A stretch of DNA of 64,000 nucleotides from an uncultured Acidimicrobiia bacterium (GCA_963836205.1 CAWIIV010000014.1:32001-96000); one strand, 5' to 3'. Positions 1 to 10,672 are shown, numbered from the stretch's first letter. Numbers and translations: made by a program. The notes: generated from the sequence alone by a model not told the origin.

Positions 1-604
1 GCTGGGTGAGCTGGAACGGCACGTCGGCCGACGTGACCCCGGGCGCCTCGGAGCCGACCTTGCCCGCCCCGGTGTAGATCTGCCGGGACACGAAATGGGG
101 CAGGATGTGGTGCACGACCTTGGCGAAGGGCACGGCCCGGTCCATGAGGTAGTTCTCGTGGGTGCCGTAGGAGTTGCCCTTGCGGTCGGAGTTGTTCTTG
201 TAGACGGCGATGGTCTGGCCGGGGGGCAGGACGTCGCACGCGTCCTCGATCGACCGGGCCAGGATGCGCTCGCCGGCCTTGTCGAAGCGCACCAGCTCCA
301 GGGCGTCGGCGCACTCGGGCGTGGAGTACTCGGGGTGGGCGTGGTCGACGTAGTAGCGGGCACCGTTGGTGAGCACGGCGTTGACCAGGTGGGTCTCCAC
401 CTCGGGTGCCGACGGCCCTTCCCGGGAGAAGCCGCGGGCGTCTCGGCCGGGCGACTCGTCCTCGAAGTCCCATGCCACCTTGCGCTGGAGGCGGGAGACG
501 TAGGAGTTGATCAGCAGCGACGACGCCGTGATGGGGTTGGACTCCCCGCCCCGCAGGATGATCCCGTACTCGGTCTCGATCCCGCAGACCTTGCGAACAG
601 CCAT
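1..604 (-). CDS. dop: Pup deamidase/depupylase Dop (5' part; runs off window start)
   Basis: Manual translation MAVRKVCGIETEYG...NGARYYVDHAHPEYSTPEC...YKNNSDRKGNSYGTHENYL gives Dop/PafA2 motifs; directly downstream of arc; TAGGGT 6 nt before ATG. Confidence 0.93.
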   Translation of the reverse strand, partial: MAVRKVCGIETEYGIILRGGESNPITASSLLINSYVSRLQRKVAWDFEDESPGRDARGFSREGPSAPEVETHLVNAVLTNGARYYVDHAHPEYSTPECADALELVRFDKAGERILARSIEDACDVLPPGQTIAVYKNNSDRKGNSYGTHENYLMDRAVPFAKVVHHILPHFVSRQIYTGAGKVGSEAPGVTSADVPFQLTQ

Positions 605-659
605 CGCGGGACCCTATCCCCCTACCAGGCCCATCGGGAACCGATGGGCCGGGAAACAG

Positions 660-2432
660 CTAGAGATACTGGCCCGTGCCAACGCGCTCGATGGCCCGGC
701 CACCGGTGGCTTCCTTGCCCTCGGACAGGAGCGTGCGCACGTAGACGATGCGCTCACCCTTCTTGCCCGAGATCTTGGCCCAGTCGTCGGGGTTGGTGGT
801 GTTGGGCAGGTCCTCGTGCTCCTTGTACTCCTGCTTGATGGATTCGAGCAGGTCGGAGGTGCGGATACCGCCCGTGCCGCCGGCGATCCGGCGCTTGATG
901 GCCAGCTTCTTGGCCCGGCGGACGATGTTCTCGATCATGGCCCCGGACGAGAAGTCCTTGAAGTAGAGGATCTCCTTGTCGCCGTTCTGGTAGGTGACCT
1001 CGAGGAACCGGTTGGCGTCGTCGTCCATGTACATCTCGGCCACGGTGCGCTCGATGATGGCAGCCACCGCCTTGGCCGGGTCGCCGCCGCCCAGGGACTC
1101 CACCTCGCCCGCGTCGAGGGGCAGGTCGGCGATGAGGTAGCGGCTGAAGATCTGGGCCGCCGCCTGCTCGTTGGGCCGCTCGATCTTGATCTTCACGTCG
1201 AGCCGCCCGGGACGGAGGATGGCGGGGTCGATGAGGTCCTCCCGGTTGGAGGCACCGATCACGATCACGTTCTTCAGCGTCTCCACGCCGTCGATCTCGG
1301 CCAGCAGCTGGGGGACGATCGTGGCTTCCATGTCGGAGCTGATGCCGGTGCCCCGGGTGCGGAACAGGGAGTCCATCTCGTCGAAGAAGACGATGACCGG
1401 CCAGCCCTCCTCCGACTTCTCCCGGGCCCGCTGGAATACGAGCCGGATCTGGCGCTCGGTCTCGCCCACGTACTTGTTGAGCAGCTCGGGACCCTTGATG
1501 TTGAGGAAGTAGCTGCGGGCGTTCTTGTCGCCCGTTACCTCGCTCACCTTGTGGGCCAGGGAGTTGGCCACCGCCTTGGCGATGAGGGTCTTGCCGCAGC
1601 CGGGGGGGCCGTAGAGGAGGATGCCCTTGGGGGCGGGGAGCTTGTACTCCTCGAACAGGGCCCGGTGGATGAAGGGCAGCTCGACGGCGTCGGTGATGGC
1701 CTCGATCTGGTCGTCGAGGCCGCCCACGTCGGCGTAGGACACGTCGGGCACCTCTTCCAGCACCAGCTCCTCCACCTCGGGACGGGGCAGGCGCTCGAGC
1801 AGCAGCCCGGTGCGGGGGTCCATGAGGATGGTGTCGCCCGCCCGCAGCTTGGTGCCGATGAGCTTGTCGGCCAGCTCGACGACCCGCTCGTCGTCGGCCC
1901 GGCCGACCACCATGGCCCGCACGCCGTCGTCGAGGAGCTCCTTGAGGGTGACGACCTCGCCGCTGACCTCGGTGCCCCGAGCCATGACCACGTTGAGGGA
2001 CTCGTTGAGGACGACCTCCTGGCCCCGGACCAGCTCGTCGTCGTCGAGCTCGGGGTGGAGGGCGACCCGGATCTTGCGGCCGGACGAGAAGACGTCGACG
2101 GTGCCGTCGTCGTTGCGGGCCAGGAACGTGCCGTAGGCCGACGGCGGCTGGGTGAGCTTCTCCACCTCCCGGCGCAGCTCGGCGATGTGCTCGCGGGACT
2201 CGCGGAGGGTGTAGGAGAGCTTCTCGTTCTGGGAGACGGCCTGAGCCAGCTGGCCCTTGGTCTCCAGCAGGCGCTCCTCGAGGGTGCGGACCCGCTTGGG
2301 GGCGTCCTGGAGCTTGCGCCGGAGCTGGACGACCTCCTCCTCCAGCACCTTGACCTGCTCGAGCAGGGTGCCGACCTGCTGCTCGTAGGAGCCCAGTCGA
2401 CGTTCGTACTCGGAGTTGCTCGAGTGGACCAC
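660..2432 (-). CDS. arc: Proteasome-associated AAA ATPase ARC/Mpa
   Basis: N-terminal coiled coil, OB domains, Walker A GPPGCGKT, Walker B FFDEMD, C-terminal GQYL (HbYX); start estimated at GTG ~2432 rather than ORF-track 2591. Confidence 0.96.
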   Translation of the reverse strand: MVHSSNSEYERRLGSYEQQVGTLLEQVKVLEEEVVQLRRKLQDAPKRVRTLEERLLETKGQLAQAVSQNEKLSYTLRESREHIAELRREVEKLTQPPSAYGTFLARNDDGTVDVFSSGRKIRVALHPELDDDELVRGQEVVLNESLNVVMARGTEVSGEVVTLKELLDDGVRAMVVGRADDERVVELADKLIGTKLRAGDTILMDPRTGLLLERLPRPEVEELVLEEVPDVSYADVGGLDDQIEAITDAVELPFIHRALFEEYKLPAPKGILLYGPPGCGKTLIAKAVANSLAHKVSEVTGDKNARSYFLNIKGPELLNKYVGETERQIRLVFQRAREKSEEGWPVIVFFDEMDSLFRTRGTGISSDMEATIVPQLLAEIDGVETLKNVIVIGASNREDLIDPAILRPGRLDVKIKIERPNEQAAAQIFSRYLIADLPLDAGEVESLGGGDPAKAVAAIIERTVAEMYMDDDANRFLEVTYQNGDKEILYFKDFSSGAMIENIVRRAKKLAIKRRIAGGTGGIRTSDLLESIKQEYKEHEDLPNTTNPDDWAKISGKKGERIVYVRTLLSEGKEATGGRAIERVGTGQYL

Positions 2433-2626
2433 CTCCTCCAGCCGGCTCCACGATGGGTCCTCGGGGCCAACATACACCGGACCCCCCGCAACGCCGACCG
2501 ATCTGACTCTGACTGGTTTTCCCGGCGATTTCCGGGTAAATTGTCTGTCAGACGACTTTCGCCACTTCAGGCGACACAGCAGGCGCCACATCGGGCGACG
2601 ACACGAGGGGCACGATCACCATGGTC

Positions 2627-2860
2627 ATGAAGGTCTGGATCGACCAGGATCTCTGCACGGGCGACGGCCTGTGCGAGGAGATCGCACCGGACGTGTTCAC
2701 CCTCAAGGACGACGGCCTGGCCTACGTGCGGGAGGGGGGCAAGACCCTCAACGGGAGCGGGACGGAGGCCCTGGCGGTCGTGCCCGCGGGCCAGGAGGAC
2801 GGCACCATCGAGTCGGCCGAGGAGTGCCCCGGGGAGTGCATCTTCATCGAGTTGTACTGA
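2627..2860 (+). CDS. Ferredoxin (single-cluster 3Fe-4S/4Fe-4S type)
   Basis: CTGDGLC...CP motif (CxxDxxC...CP); divergent from arc. Confidence 0.9.
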   Translation: MKVWIDQDLCTGDGLCEEIAPDVFTLKDDGLAYVREGGKTLNGSGTEALAVVPAGQEDGTIESAEECPGECIFIELY

Positions 2861-2899
2861 TCGAGGACCGGCCGCCGACGCCGCGCCGGGCCGGCGTCC

Positions 2900-4357
2900 T
2901 TAGCCGCAGTCCCCACGCCGTGGTTCACGGGTGGGTGCGCCACCCAGGAGCGCCTTCACCAGGTCGCCCCCTTCGACGACCAGGTCGAACAACGCCCGGT
3001 CGAGGTCCTCGTCGGTCACTCGAATCGGATCCTCGTCCGACGCGTCGGCGGCGAACAGGGCCGCCTTGCGCAGGAGCTCCTTGACGAAAGCGGCGCTCAC
3101 GCCCTCGGTTCGCTCCACCAGCCGTCTGCGATCGACGAGGTCGAGCGTCAGCCCCCGGCTGTAGAGGTCGATGAGCCTCGACCGGCAGGCGCCGTCAGGC
3201 AGCGGCACCTCGATCGCCTCGTCGACCCGGCCGGGACGGGAGGCGAGGGCCGGCTCCAGGAGCTCGGGCCGGTTGGTCGTGAGAATGAACAAGACGTCGG
3301 CGTCGTCGCCGAGTCCGTCCATCTGGTTGAGGAGCTCGAAGAGGACGGCGTTGGTACCCGTGCCCTGGCGGGTCCGCTCCTCGGCCACCAGGTCGACGTC
3401 CTCCAGGATGACGGTTGCCGGCTGCAGGAGACGGGCCATGGCGCACGAGGCCTCGATCAGGCCGAGCGTCTGCCCGGTGAGGACGAGGACCGTGCGATCG
3501 GGCATCTGCTGGGCCAGGTACATGGCGGTGAGGGTCTTGCCCGTGCCTGGTGGGCCCCACAGGAGCAGTCCCCGCTTGAGATGCCGGCCGGCCGCCAGCA
3601 GGCGTTGGCTGAGCTGGGCGAACCGGATCGTCTGCCGTTCGATGCGCTCGAGGACGCCTGCCGGTAGGACGATGGCGTCACGGTCGATCGGGGCGAGCTG
3701 GTGGAACTTCACCTCCAACGGGCCCATCTGCTGCTTGACCAGCGAGACGACCCGTCCCCGGTACACGTTGCGACGGCGTATCCGCAGCCGGAGGTCGGCG
3801 AGGAAGGCCTCGGCCGCGGCCCGGTCGCCGGCCATGACCTCGACGACGGTTCCGCTCTGTCCATAGCCCCGGGGATCGGGGCCGCGGACCAGGACAGCGA
3901 GAGGTGCCTCGCCGTCGCCACCAGGCCGGGCGCCGATCAGGTAGAGCCCGAACTGGACGCAGGCGATCTTCTCGTCCCGGCCGGCAACCAGGTTCACGTA
4001 GTCGACCGGTCCCTCCTGGGGTGTGCCCTCCGCGAACAGCCCACCCCTGCCGGCTGCGGCCAGGTCGCCGAGGCCGAGGGCCAACATCGCCCGGTGCTGG
4101 ACGGACACGCCGAGGAGCTCGAACGTCCGCCCCGTCTCGCTCAGGTAGGCGTCGAGCGCCAGCTGCAAGTTGGGGTGGTCGTGCATCGGGAACTGCTCGC
4201 TGAGGATGGGGGCGCTCGTCGGGGGCCCGCCGAAATGGGTCGCCAGCCGGGCTCGGAAGAACGGCTCGGCCGCCGTCGCCTGCGAGAGGGACTGCTCCAG
4301 GAACCCCTTGAAGGCGTGGCCGAAATCACCCGCTGACAACATCTTCCCGTCGGACAC
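2900..4357 (-). CDS. AAA+ family ATPase
   Basis: GPPGTGKT, ILEDVD, TTNRPELLEPALASRPGRVD. Confidence 0.88.
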   Translation of the reverse strand: MSDGKMLSAGDFGHAFKGFLEQSLSQATAAEPFFRARLATHFGGPPTSAPILSEQFPMHDHPNLQLALDAYLSETGRTFELLGVSVQHRAMLALGLGDLAAAGRGGLFAEGTPQEGPVDYVNLVAGRDEKIACVQFGLYLIGARPGGDGEAPLAVLVRGPDPRGYGQSGTVVEVMAGDRAAAEAFLADLRLRIRRRNVYRGRVVSLVKQQMGPLEVKFHQLAPIDRDAIVLPAGVLERIERQTIRFAQLSQRLLAAGRHLKRGLLLWGPPGTGKTLTAMYLAQQMPDRTVLVLTGQTLGLIEASCAMARLLQPATVILEDVDLVAEERTRQGTGTNAVLFELLNQMDGLGDDADVLFILTTNRPELLEPALASRPGRVDEAIEVPLPDGACRSRLIDLYSRGLTLDLVDRRRLVERTEGVSAAFVKELLRKAALFAADASDEDPIRVTDEDLDRALFDLVVEGGDLVKALLGGAPTREPRRGDCG

Positions 4358-4522
4358 GGCCGCCTCCCTCGTTCGGCCGTCATCGTCCCACGGGTGTGCT
4401 CCCGGGCGGTGTCGGGGGCTCGCGCGCTGTGACCTGGTTGTTACACGGCTGAGAATGTTTCGTTGCCTTGGGGGCCGATGGTGTCGGTGTACAACTTCGA
4501 CGCCCTCGGGAGGTCAACCGTC

Positions 4523-5074
4523 ATGTCCGTTCCCCGACGTAGCACCGGTCTGCTGGCGGCCCTGGCGATTGCCGTGGCCACCCTCGCGTTCACCACCGCT
4601 CGGGCCGACGCCGGTCCCTCTTGCGGGATCACATGGGGCAGCCTGACCAAGACGGCAGGCGATCACGGCCCGGCGCCGTTGGGGCAGGTCCGGGCCGGGA
4701 GGCACGAGTGCTTCGACCGCGTCGTCTTCGAGATCGACGGGCCTGCTCCCGGCTACCGGGTCGGCTACGTCTCCCAGGTGCGGACCCAGGGCGAAGGCGC
4801 CGTGCTGCCGCTGGCCGGGGGTGCCTACATCGACGTCGTGCTGCTCAGCAACGTCTTCGACGAGCTGGGCCACCTGCACTACCCGGGCCGGGTCGGCGAC
4901 CGGCTCGACGTCACCGGCTACCAGACGCTGCGGGACGTGAAGTTCGGCGGCTGCTTCGAGGGCGCAACCGCCTTCGGGGTCGGCGTCCGGGCCCGGCTGC
5001 CCTTCCGGGTGTTCACCCTGGCCGGGCCGGGCTCCCACAGCCGCATCGTCCTCGACGTCGCCCACCGCTGGTAG
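4523..5074 (+). CDS. Secreted AMIN-like domain protein
   Basis: Signal peptide, then RAGRHECFDRVVFE...FEG...RIVLDVAH pattern of actinobacterial AMIN-like proteins. Confidence 0.75.
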   Translation: MSVPRRSTGLLAALAIAVATLAFTTARADAGPSCGITWGSLTKTAGDHGPAPLGQVRAGRHECFDRVVFEIDGPAPGYRVGYVSQVRTQGEGAVLPLAGGAYIDVVLLSNVFDELGHLHYPGRVGDRLDVTGYQTLRDVKFGGCFEGATAFGVGVRARLPFRVFTLAGPGSHSRIVLDVAHRW

Positions 5075-5077
5075 GCC

Positions 5078-5482
5078 TCAGGACGGCGGGGTCACGTCGA
5101 GGTCGAGGGAGCAGGAGTTGATGCAGTAGCGCTGGCCGGTGGGGCCGGGGCCGTCGTCGAAGACGTGGCCCAGGTGCCCACCGCAGCGCTTGCAGACGAC
5201 CTCGGTGCGGCGCATCCCGTAGCTCTTGTCGACGTGGAGCTCGACCGCGTCGGCCACCGCCGGCTCGGTGAAGCTGGGCCAGCCCGTCCCCGATTCGAAC
5301 TTGGTGTCGGAGCTGAACAGCGGTGCTCCGCAGCCGGCACAGGTGTACATGCCGTCGTCCTTGGCGTGGACGTACTTGCCGGTGAACGGGCGCTCGGTGC
5401 CCTTGCCCCGCAGCACCTGATACTGCTCCGGCGTCAGTCGCTGGCGCCACTCCTCGTCGGTGATGGCCGCTTCATCTCCCAT
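5078..5482 (-). CDS. msrB: Peptide-methionine (R)-S-oxide reductase
   Basis: GTERPF, CxxC x2, [21 protein letters not shown]. Confidence 0.97.
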   Translation of the reverse strand: MGDEAAITDEEWRQRLTPEQYQVLRGKGTERPFTGKYVHAKDDGMYTCAGCGAPLFSSDTKFESGTGWPSFTEPAVADAVELHVDKSYGMRRTEVVCKRCGGHLGHVFDDGPGPTGQRYCINSCSLDLDVTPPS

Positions 5483-5488
5483 AGCCGC

Positions 5489-6658
5489 TCAGCCTAGGCA
5501 GGGTCCGGTGTCTACTGGATCCGCCCGGGCGACCTCCAGCAGGGGCCGTAGCTCCTCGGCGCTGAGGGCGTAGGCGGTCGTGTCCCGGTCGGGGGCGATG
5601 GCGAAGGCCACCCCGACCACGTGGCCGTCCTCGTTTACCAGTCCCGCCCCCGAGTCCCCCGGGGCCAGGTCGGCGGCGAGGATGTAGACGCTGCGGCGGA
5701 CGACGTCGGTGCCGTAGAGGTTCCGTCCCACGGCCCGGACCTGCTGGCGGACCGACGCCGGCGACACCCGGACCTCGGCCTGTCCCTCCGGATGCCCGAA
5801 GACCGCCACCGTGGTGCCCACCGCGCCGTCGGCGATGGAGAGCGGCCGCTGGCCCAGTCCCGGCACCGACAGGAGGGCCAGGTCGCGGTCGGGGTCGAAG
5901 GCGACCGGGGTCGCCGCCAGCCGGGTGCCGTCGGGGCGGACGACGAAGGAGTCGTCCACCCCCGCCACCACGTGGGCGTTGGTCATGACCAGGTCGCGGG
6001 CCACGCTGAAGCCGGACCCGTCCCGCTCCGAGCGGCAGGCGGTGCCCTCCACCTTCACCGTGCTCGCCGTCACCCGGGCGACGGTGGCCGCCGTCAACGG
6101 TGTGGAGGCGGGCGGGGGGCCGGTGTCGAGGGACGGGAGGAGGCCGCCGAAGACCTGGGGGCTGGCCGCGGGCCCGGCCAGGCGGCGGAGGGCCTGGGAC
6201 GCGTTGGGGGGGTCGGGCAGGACGGCGTCGACCACGCGGGCCACCGCCGAGTGCCGGGCCAGGCGGGCGGGCGCCCCGGTGACGTCGGACAGGGCGGGCA
6301 GGACGAGGAGCCACAGCCCGAGCAGGACCACGAACGGCGCCGCCGCCGCCCCCGCCACCCGGTCGAAGGGCAGGTAGGCGCCGAGGGGGAGCTCGGCCCG
6401 GAAGCGGGTGCCCGCCAGCCGGCCCAGGTACTGGCCCCCGTAGCCGACGCCGACGAAGAAGAAGGCGCCGATGATGAGCCGGACGGTGGGGTCGGTGCCG
6501 CCCAGGAAGGTGACCACCGGCGGCACGGCCAGTGTCGCCAGCACCAGGGCCTGGACGAGCAGCACGCAGGATGTCCCCCCCGTGACCAGCCCCAGCCGGT
6601 GGCCGCCCACCATGGAGCTGACCACGACCGCCACCACGGCGAGGTCGAGAGCGTTCAG
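5489..6658 (-). CDS. MarP-like membrane serine protease (CvpA-like TM domain + trypsin-like domain)
   Basis: xNALDL N-terminus, TM helices, TNAHV, DLA, GDSG triad; apparent CTG start overlapping trmI TGA. Confidence 0.85.
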   Translation of the reverse strand: MNALDLAVVAVVVSSMVGGHRLGLVTGGTSCVLLVQALVLATLAVPPVVTFLGGTDPTVRLIIGAFFFVGVGYGGQYLGRLAGTRFRAELPLGAYLPFDRVAGAAAAPFVVLLGLWLLVLPALSDVTGAPARLARHSAVARVVDAVLPDPPNASQALRRLAGPAASPQVFGGLLPSLDTGPPPASTPLTAATVARVTASTVKVEGTACRSERDGSGFSVARDLVMTNAHVVAGVDDSFVVRPDGTRLAATPVAFDPDRDLALLSVPGLGQRPLSIADGAVGTTVAVFGHPEGQAEVRVSPASVRQQVRAVGRNLYGTDVVRRSVYILAADLAPGDSGAGLVNEDGHVVGVAFAIAPDRDTTAYALSAEELRPLLEVARADPVDTGPCLG

Positions 6659-7572
6659 TTCTCGGGCACCGGCGGGTCGTCGCCGGGCACCGGCGGGTCG
6701 TCGTCCGGCAAAGGCTGGGCGTCGTCCGGCAAAGGCTGGGCGTCGTCGGGCACCGGTGGAATGTCGGCCATCCGGAGGGAGCTGTCGGGCACCAACAACC
6801 GGGCCGAGGTGAGGAAGCCGGTGTGGGCCACCATGCGGTGGTCGGGGCGCACCGACTGGCCGGCCACGTGCCACGACCGCTGGAGGACCTCGATCGTCTG
6901 GGCCAGGCCGAAGGCGCTCGCGTCCAGCGCCTCGTGGAGCTGGGCCACCTGGCCGATGGTGGGCAGGTAGGACACGAAGATGCCGCCCGGGTGCAGGGCG
7001 GCCTCGGCATGCTTGACGACCCGCCACGGCTCGGGGAGATCGAGGACGACCCGGTGCAGGCCTTCCCCATCGGATGCAGCATCGTCGATCCCGTCGTAGA
7101 CGTCGCGCTCCTCGATCCGGTAGTCGACGTCGGGGCCGAGGAAGGCGTGGACGTTGCGCAGGGCGACGGCGGCGAAGTCGGCCCTGATCTCATAGCCGGT
7201 GACCGAGGCGCCGGCCTGCAGCATCGCCATCGACAGCGCCCCCGACCCCACTCCCGCCTCCAGGATGCGCACGCCCACCCGAACGTCGGCCAGCATGAGG
7301 AGGGGGCCGAGGTCCTTGGGGTAGACCACCTGGGCGCCCCGAGGCATCGACAGCACGAAGTCCGACAGCGTCGGCCGCAGGGTGAGGTAGCGGGCGCCCG
7401 AGGTGGACCGCAGGGTGGTGCCCTCGAACTGGCCCACGAACGAGGCGTGGGGGATGACGCCGGCGTGGGTGTGGAACTCGCCACCCTCGCGGAGGGTCAG
7501 CAGGTAGCGCCGGTTCTTGCTGTCGACCACCAGCACCTTGTCGCCGACCGCGAACGGCTCACCCGATCTCAT
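6655..7572 (-). CDS. trmI: tRNA (adenine-58-N1)-methyltransferase
   Basis: MPRGAQVVYPKD, EAGVGSG, LDLPEPW, VRPDHRMVAHTGFL; usual arc neighbour. Confidence 0.93.
   Translation of the reverse strand: MRSGEPFAVGDKVLVVDSKNRRYLLTLREGGEFHTHAGVIPHASFVGQFEGTTLRSTSGARYLTLRPTLSDFVLSMPRGAQVVYPKDLGPLLMLADVRVGVRILEAGVGSGALSMAMLQAGASVTGYEIRADFAAVALRNVHAFLGPDVDYRIEERDVYDGIDDAASDGEGLHRVVLDLPEPWRVVKHAEAALHPGGIFVSYLPTIGQVAQLHEALDASAFGLAQTIEVLQRSWHVAGQSVRPDHRMVAHTGFLTSARLLVPDSSLRMADIPPVPDDAQPLPDDAQPLPDDDPPVPGDDPPVPEN
6662..6757. repeat. Imperfect 21-bp tandem repeat in trmI 3' end
   Basis: Encodes PPVPDD-AQPLPDD-AQPLPDD-DPPVPGD-DPPVPEN. Confidence 0.8.
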
Positions 7573-7611
7573 GTCGGGACCATCTTGGTCGCGCGGACCA
7601 GGGCCGGTGGA

Positions 7612-7806
7612 TCAGCGGTCGGGCGGCAGGTGGGAGATGACGAGGCGCTCGCCGGGCTTGAGCTTCTCGGAGAAGACGACCTTCGGCTCCTTGGTCGCGA
7701 ACCGCTTGAGCGTCTGCAGGGCCCAGGCGGTGACCCCCACCGCCAGCCAGGCATTGGACTTGCCCAGGCCGCGGGCCAGCCCCAGCCGGCGCAGGCGGGT
7801 CAGCAC
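7612..7806 (-). CDS. Small hypothetical membrane protein
   Basis: GTG start, one hydrophobic segment, KLKPGERLVI tail; last gene of a 3-gene run. Confidence 0.6.
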   Translation of the reverse strand: MLTRLRRLGLARGLGKSNAWLAVGVTAWALQTLKRFATKEPKVVFSEKLKPGERLVISHLPPDR

Positions 7807-7807
7807 T

Positions 7808-8023
7808 TCACACCCGGCGAATCTCGACGACGGTGCTCTTCTTCTTCCCCCGGCGAACCCCAAGGAGGAAGACGAAGCCGATCACGCCGGCCGCGGCCAC
7901 CCCGACGAGGGCCTTGCCCTTCTCGACCACCGCCTCGCCCGTGTCCTCGACGTCGCCCCGCAGCTCGCGGAGCTTGGCCTCGATGTCGGCCCGGGTGATG
8001 CGTCCGTTCTCGCTGGCAGTCAC
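7808..8023 (-). CDS. Small membrane-anchored protein (DUF3618-like)
   Basis: ITRADIEAKLREL...TM...GVRRGKKK; GTGA overlap with upstream gene. Confidence 0.65.
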   Translation of the reverse strand: MTASENGRITRADIEAKLRELRGDVEDTGEAVVEKGKALVGVAAAGVIGFVFLLGVRRGKKKSTVVEIRRV

Positions 8024-8394
8024 GCCTTGGCCTTCTTCCGGTCGCGGCTGCCGGCCTTGACGGCAGCGCCCGCGGCCCCACCGGCGGCCACGAGCGTGAT
8101 CAGGTAGGGGACGACCGACCAGTTGCCGTCGAAGGCGTCGACGGTCTGGAGCAGGCGCAGGAGGCCGAGGACGATCAGGACCCCGCCCAGCCCCATGGCC
8201 AGGCTTCCGAGCAGGCCGTAGGCCACGAACCGTTGCAGGCCCTTGATGGGCTCGATGGTCTCCTGCTTGAAGTAGGCCACCACCAGCTGCCACAGGTCGG
8301 AGACGTCGGACAGGAAGCCGCCGTCGGCCGGAGCCTTGGACCCCTTGGCGGCCTTCTTGTCGCCGGCCGGGCTCCGTTTCGTGCGCTTGGCCAT
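8020..8394 (-). CDS. Holin-X-like two-TM membrane protein
   Basis: Amphipathic N-terminus (YFKQET) plus 2 TM helices; precedes DUF3618-like gene as is common in actinobacteria. Confidence 0.6.
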   Translation of the reverse strand: MAKRTKRSPAGDKKAAKGSKAPADGGFLSDVSDLWQLVVAYFKQETIEPIKGLQRFVAYGLLGSLAMGLGGVLIVLGLLRLLQTVDAFDGNWSVVPYLITLVAAGGAAGAAVKAGSRDRKKAKA

Positions 8395-8402
8395 GCGCGT
8401 TC

Positions 8403-9020
8403 CTATCCCCCCGTCAACCGTTGCGCAAGCACGACCGCCTCGTCCTCCAGGAGCGAAGCGACCAGCGCCAGCCGGTCGTCGGCCGGTCCCGACTCGAGCA
8501 CCCGCTGGGCGTCGAACGGGCCGAGCGGCGCCAGGGCCGCCGCCTGCCAGGCCGCGACCGCGGGATCGGCGTCGAGGACGACCGTGGCCGGGGTGGCCGT
8601 CTCACCCAGCTCGGCCTTGAGCGCGAGCACCCGCCGCAGGAGGCGCTCGACCTGGTGGCGACGATCGGCGGCCGAGGGTCCCGCGGGCTCGCCGCCGAAG
8701 GCGCTGACCTCGGCCCGGGGGTAGGGGTCGTCGGGGAGCCAACGGTCGACCCGGATCCGCTCCACCCCGACCAGGCCCAGCACCCACCGCCCGTCCGCCA
8801 GCTCGGCCGCCTGCAGCACCCGGGCCCGGGTGCCCACGTGGCAACGGACATCGCCCCCGCCCACCTCGCTCCCCCGCTCGATGAGGACGACGCCCAGCTC
8901 CCCGTCGCCGTCGATGCAGCGCCGGGCCAGCACCCGGTAGCGCGGCTCGAACACGTGCAGGGGCAGGATCATCGACGGGAACAGCACCGTCCCCAGCGGG
9001 AACATCGGCAGCTCGCTCAT
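8403..9020 (-). CDS. LON peptidase substrate-binding domain protein
   Basis: MSELPMFPLGTVLFP...LHVFEPRY; appears fused to dacB in this sequence. Confidence 0.88.
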   Translation of the reverse strand: MSELPMFPLGTVLFPSMILPLHVFEPRYRVLARRCIDGDGELGVVLIERGSEVGGGDVRCHVGTRARVLQAAELADGRWVLGLVGVERIRVDRWLPDDPYPRAEVSAFGGEPAGPSAADRRHQVERLLRRVLALKAELGETATPATVVLDADPAVAAWQAAALAPLGPFDAQRVLESGPADDRLALVASLLEDEAVVLAQRLTGG

Positions 9021-10376
9021 CGGGGGCCGATCGACGTCCGGCGCCGGGGCCTGGGGATATTCGGCCAGGACGTTGGCCAGCTGGTCCTGGAGGCCCAGTC
9101 CGGCCGCCTCGCTGGGCAGCTCGTTGGCCAGCAGCGAGAAGCGCAGCGTCCCCCCGTCGGCCCCGGTGGCGAAGCCGGTGAGAGCAGCCACGCCCAGGAG
9201 CGACCCGGTCTTGGCCCGGACCTTGCCTGCCGCCGGCGTGCCCAGGAAGCGCTTGTACAGGGTGCCGTTGGTGCCGGCCACGGGGAGGGCCCGGTCGAGC
9301 TCGCTCCCCTCGCCGGCGGTGGCCAGGATCTGCTGGAGGAGCCGGCAGGTCAGGCGGTCGGATCGGTCGAGGCCGGACCCGTCCACCGTGGCCACGCCGT
9401 CGAGGGGCGCCCCGACGGCGGTCAGGTGGTCACGGATGACGGCCAGTCCGGCGGCGGTGGAGCCCGCCCCCCCGAAGCGGACGCCCAGCTCCTTGACCAG
9501 CATCTCCGCCCCCATGTTGTCGCTGTGCTGGAGGACGGCGCCGACCACCTCGTCGAGGGGGAGCGACTCGATCGTCGCCACCACGGGAGCGCTCTCGGGG
9601 GCCCGACCCACGCCCGTGCCCCCGACGGTGACCCCCCGTGCCCGCAGCAGGCCGGCGAGCACGTCGGCGGCCAGGTTGGCCGGCGACAGGGCGTAGGACG
9701 GGGCCGGCGGGAACGTGGCCAGGCCCTCGTTGACGGTAAGGGCGGAGATGGGACCGACGTCGAAGTTGGCGATGTACCGGGGCAGCCACGTCGGCACCAG
9801 CCGCAGGTCGTCATAACGGCTGTCGTCGCCCAGGATGCGGCCGCTGACGGTGCGGATGCCGGCGGCGACCACCCGGTCAGCCAGGTCCTCCATCGGCGTC
9901 GCCACCCGGGGCTGGCCGTCGTAGCCGCCATCGGCCGCGAAGTCCGCCGTCGCCAGGAGGGGGTCGCCGCCGCCGACCAGCCACAGATCGGCCACCGTGC
10001 CATTGGCGGGCGTGGTGGAGGCCCGCACCTCGGTCGTGAGGCGGGCGTCGCTGCCGATCTTGGCCAGCGCCACCGCTCCCGTCACCAGCTTGAGGGCCGA
10101 GGCCGGGATGAGGGGCTCGTCGGGCTGGCGGGCGTAGACGGTCCGCCCCGACCGATCCTCGACCGCCACGCACGTGTGGTCGGTGGCCTCGCCCAGCCCG
10201 CCGGCAGTGGTGATCCGGTCGAGGTCGCCGGTGAGACGGGCGTCGGCAACCGTCCGCGACACCACACCCGGAAGCCGCCGCAGGCTGAACACGGGCGTGA
10301 CCAGGGCCGCCGGTTGGGGGTCGGCGGAGGTGTCCGGCTGGGCGGCGGCGGGGGTGGCGAGCGAGGCCAGCACCAC
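9017..10376 (-). CDS. dacB: D-alanyl-D-alanine carboxypeptidase/endopeptidase (PBP4, peptidase S13)
   Basis: SALK (SxxK), SDN, DGSGL, KTG motifs; removing one base near 9033 restores stop at the ATGA overlap; start uncertain. Confidence 0.88.
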
Positions 10377-10514
10377 TGCCAGGAGAACGGCGCGGGCCCG
10401 ATGTGCGGTCAGATCCGGGCTCCCCGGTCGTGAAACGGATCGGGGAAGGGGGGCTCAGGCATCGGTGGCCAATCTATTGCCGACCGCCGAGCCCGCCCCG
10501 GCGGCCCCGTCACG

Positions 10515-10601
10515 TCGCAGCTGCCGTCCAACTGGTGACGCTTTCGGGCGCCCTGGCGACCGAAAGCGCCACCGGTTCGCAGCTGCCGTCCAACTGGTGA
10601 C
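10515..10601. repeat. 25-bp direct repeat overlapping a REP-like hairpin
   Basis: tcgcagctgccgtccaactggtgac at 10515-10539 and 10577-10601; hairpin 10530-10578. Confidence 0.85.
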
Positions 10602-10672
10602 ACTTCCGGGTCCCGGGTGCGGCAGGTCGTCCGGGAGCAGAAGCCTCCAGCCCGGCCAGGCTGGGCGGGCGC

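Noticed and set aside
8020-8394. Prophage holin
   Set aside because: No phage genes nearby; holin-X-like proteins are common chromosomal actinobacterial membrane proteins.
8403-10376. Apparent novel DacB-LON domain fusion (657 aa ORF)
   Set aside because: Deleting one base near 9033 gives DVIGPR-stop with a standard ATGA overlap; a secreted PBP fused to a cytoplasmic domain is implausible and indels are common here.
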